32,000 bases of DNA, taken from the NCBI RefSeq assembly GCF_000039765.1, contig NC_004459.3:1740001-1772000 (forward strand), read 5' to 3'. The notes below the pieces were generated by a model. It was given only the letters and a program-made list of their open reading frames with translations. It had not been told where the DNA came from and did no database searches. This document shows positions 30,060 through 32,000 of the stretch, one piece after another. Positions within the stretch are counted from its first letter, which is position 1, and each line of letters opens with the position of its first letter. The position numbers were made by a program, and so were the translations under genes. The stretch comes from Vibrio vulnificus CMCP6 (GTDB lineage Bacteria > Pseudomonadota > Gammaproteobacteria > Enterobacterales > Vibrionaceae).

Positions 30060-30601
30060 TGTATTATGAGCGCGTCAATCAATGGATAGTGATGTGACTC
30101 CACTCCAGCCAAATTGCCATATTTTGGCGCGTGGCGATCGTCTTCTTTAGGAAAATGCCAGCCTACGGTGTATTGCACAAAATGTTGGGCAAACGATTCG
30201 GAGATCTCTAAGCATCCCGCGAGTACCGTATCGACATAAGTTTGCATGATTGGGCTAAGAGGGCAGGGTGGTTGCGGATCGTCTTTTACATACACCCAAA
30301 TTGGATGAGCACGATTGAATGAGTGGTCGGTTTCTATCTGATCCGGCGTAATCTCAATGCGATGGTAGCCTCTCTCTCGGCGATCGAACTCCGCGAGCGC
30401 ACGATCATCAATTTCCAGTAGCACACCATTCACTTGGCTCTCGCCACGGTTCACAACCAACGGTGAGAGAATGTAGCTGTCGTCGACTTTGCCCCAATAG
30501 CGCACAAGGCCATGAGCAATCACCGGGATAGCCTCACCCGTTTGACCCGTCAATTGACGCGACGCAGCATTGATTAAGCTGCCATAACCAAAAATGTACA
30601 T
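30047..30601 (-). CDS. Gamma-glutamylcyclotransferase-like (AIG2/GGCT fold) protein
   Basis: Likely start ATG 30601 (MYIFGYGSLINAASR) behind AAGGA; the YGSL substrate-loop motif is diagnostic. Track ORF starts at 30619. Confidence 0.82.
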   Translation of the reverse strand: MYIFGYGSLINAASRQLTGQTGEAIPVIAHGLVRYWGKVDDSYILSPLVVNRGESQVNGVLLEIDDRALAEFDRRERGYHRIEITPDQIETDHSFNRAHPIWVYVKDDPQPPCPLSPIMQTYVDTVLAGCLEISESFAQHFVQYTVGWHFPKEDDRHAPKYGNLAGVESHHYPLIDALIIQKGA

Positions 30602-30658
30602 CTGTATTCCTTGAGCCATATTCCTAATGACCGTTATACCTAAGAGGTAAAATTTTTA

Positions 30659-30681
30659 AAGTTGTATTTTTAATGCATCTT
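30659..30681. promoter_or_regulatory. NsrR-like operator upstream of nnrS
   Basis: AAGTTGTATTTTTAATGCATCTT; 8 of 11 symmetric pairs complementary, close to the gammaproteobacterial NsrR-type consensus AAGATGyATTTnAAATrCATCTT. Confidence 0.65.
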
Positions 30682-30735
30682 TAGTGCTACACTGCATTTG
30701 TTGTGAATTTGCTCAGCATGTGGAGGGGGCGAAAC

Positions 30736-31890
30736 GTGCTAAATATTACTGACAAAAAAGTGGAAGAAAAAATTCCCGCTTGGCTGAGATTGGGTTTTCG
30801 ACCTTTCTTTTTATTAGGCTCGGTGTACGCCATTATCGCTATTGCGGTGTGGGTATGGATTTTTCAAACCGGTCAGCCAACACAACTCCAAGTGCCAGGA
30901 CTTTGGTGGCATGTGCATGAAATGCTGTTTGGTTTTGCGATGGCGATTGTGGCTGGGTTCCTTTTAACCGCGGTACAAAACTGGACGGGCATCAACGGCA
31001 CCAAACATTATCGTTTAGCACTGCTGGTGGCGCTGTGGTTGTTGCCGAGAATTTTGCTTTGGACGCCAACGCCACTGTGGTTAACCTCCAGCATTGAAGC
31101 GCTGTTTCTTGCTTTGGTGGCCTTTGAAATCGGTAGCCGAGTGGTGCAGGCCAAAGGTTGGCGTAATCTCTTTTTCGTCCCACTGTTTTTGTTGGCAATC
31201 GGTGCTAATTTTGCCAGCTATGCGACAATAAAAGGCATGCCGCCATTTACCTCTTCGGCGGTTTGGCAAGCGATGCTTTGGTGGTTCACCTTGCTGTTGT
31301 CGGTGATGGGGGCACGCGTGATCCCATTCTTTACCGCGCGTCGTTTTAACTTTGAAAAAGCCAATCCGATTGTTTGGCTCGATTGGGCGGCAAACTTACC
31401 TTTGGTGATGCTGTTTTTGCTCAGCTTTTTCCCAGTGACCATGGCACAGCTTGGCCAGCCGTTGATGGTGATCGCGGGTGTCGCGCAACTGGTGCGCTTT
31501 ATCCGTTGGAAACCTTGGCTGACCCTAAGTGAGCCGTTGGTTTGGTCGTTGCACGCCGCTTATCTGTGTTTACCGTTGAGTCTGCTGTTGCGCGGTTTGC
31601 TGGATAATCCGTTCGCGTCACACAACCTGATCCACTTGTTTGCGATTGGGGCTTTGGCTGGGCTTATTCTGGCGATGATTGCACGTGTCACCATGGGGCA
31701 CACCGGACGAATGATCTACCAAGGGCCGAATATGAGTCTGGCGTTTGGCGCACTCTTCCTCGCGGCTTTGGTGCGCAGTTTTGGCGTCATTTTTGCGCCA
31801 GCACAACTGTTTATCTGGATCGACATCAGTGCCGCGCTGTGGGTATTCGCGTTTACACTGTTTGCTGGAAGTTTGGTTATATGCTCGTGA
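30736..31890 (+). CDS. nnrS: NnrS family membrane protein (NO-related haem/copper protein); 3' end appears frameshifted
   Basis: GTG start 30736 behind GGAGGGG; LGFRPFFLLGSVYAIIAIAVWV, WWHVHEMLFGFAMAIVAGFLLTAVQNWTG, ATMGHTGR-like block (ARVTMGHTGRMIYQGP). See finding on the C-terminus. Confidence 0.9.
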   Translation: MLNITDKKVEEKIPAWLRLGFRPFFLLGSVYAIIAIAVWVWIFQTGQPTQLQVPGLWWHVHEMLFGFAMAIVAGFLLTAVQNWTGINGTKHYRLALLVALWLLPRILLWTPTPLWLTSSIEALFLALVAFEIGSRVVQAKGWRNLFFVPLFLLAIGANFASYATIKGMPPFTSSAVWQAMLWWFTLLLSVMGARVIPFFTARRFNFEKANPIVWLDWAANLPLVMLFLLSFFPVTMAQLGQPLMVIAGVAQLVRFIRWKPWLTLSEPLVWSLHAAYLCLPLSLLLRGLLDNPFASHNLIHLFAIGALAGLILAMIARVTMGHTGRMIYQGPNMSLAFGALFLAALVRSFGVIFAPAQLFIWIDISAALWVFAFTLFAGSLVICS

Positions 31891-31939
31891 CGCCGCGAGC
31901 CGATGGTCACCCGGGCTAAGCTCTGCATGATATAAACAG

Positions 31940-31966
31940 CAAAGCCACTCACGAGGAGTGGCTTTG
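31940..31966 (+). terminator. Rho-independent terminator downstream of nnrS
   Basis: 11-bp stem CAAAGCCACTC-ACGAG-GAGTGGCTTTG, followed by TGTTATT. Confidence 0.75.
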
Positions 31967-32000
31967 TGTTATTAAAAGCGTTTAAAAGCGTATTGACGTT

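Noticed and set aside
30703-30735. Upstream ATG extension of nnrS (MNLLSMWRGRN...)
   Set aside because: The GTG at 30736 has a strong GGAGGGG Shine-Dalgarno. The extension would translate through that site, so the shorter start is preferred.
31970-32000. Direct repeat TTAAAAGCG/TTTAAAAGCG at the window end
   Set aside because: Only two short AT-rich copies at the window edge; insufficient to call an array or element.

Overview
This 32 kb window looks like a Vibrio-type gammaproteobacterial chromosome segment (inference from protein sequences). No phage, CRISPR, defence system or transposase is visible. Left to right: (1) the 3' part of a Tad/Flp pilus locus, tadZ-tadA-tadB-tadC-tadD, all on +; (2) a divergent chrA (-)/LysR regulator (+) pair; (3) an isolated O-antigen-ligase/Wzy-like membrane protein; (4) an ebg-type beta-galactoside locus on -, ygjK (GH63) <- APC permease <- ygjI-like APC permease <- ebgC <- ebgA, then an SGNH hydrolase translationally overlapping ebgR; (5) a galETKM cluster on +, a Cache/HAMP-type methyl-accepting chemotaxis protein, and a convergent GalR/S-like repressor; (6) a ygjH/CsaA-type tRNA-binding protein, an outer-membrane beta-barrel protein, a gamma-glutamylcyclotransferase-like protein, and nnrS. 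The most notable non-coding or anomalous signals are: an ERIC-like element that supplies the galT stop codon, a perfect 11-bp inverted repeat just upstream of galK, a possible 22-codon leader ORF overlapping a LacI-family operator upstream of galE, candidate EbgR/GalR palindromes, an NsrR-like operator upstream of nnrS, and an apparent 1-nt frameshift at the nnrS 3' end. I found no convincing evidence of a wholly undescribed multi-gene system. All family calls are from memory of sequence motifs; no database search was run.
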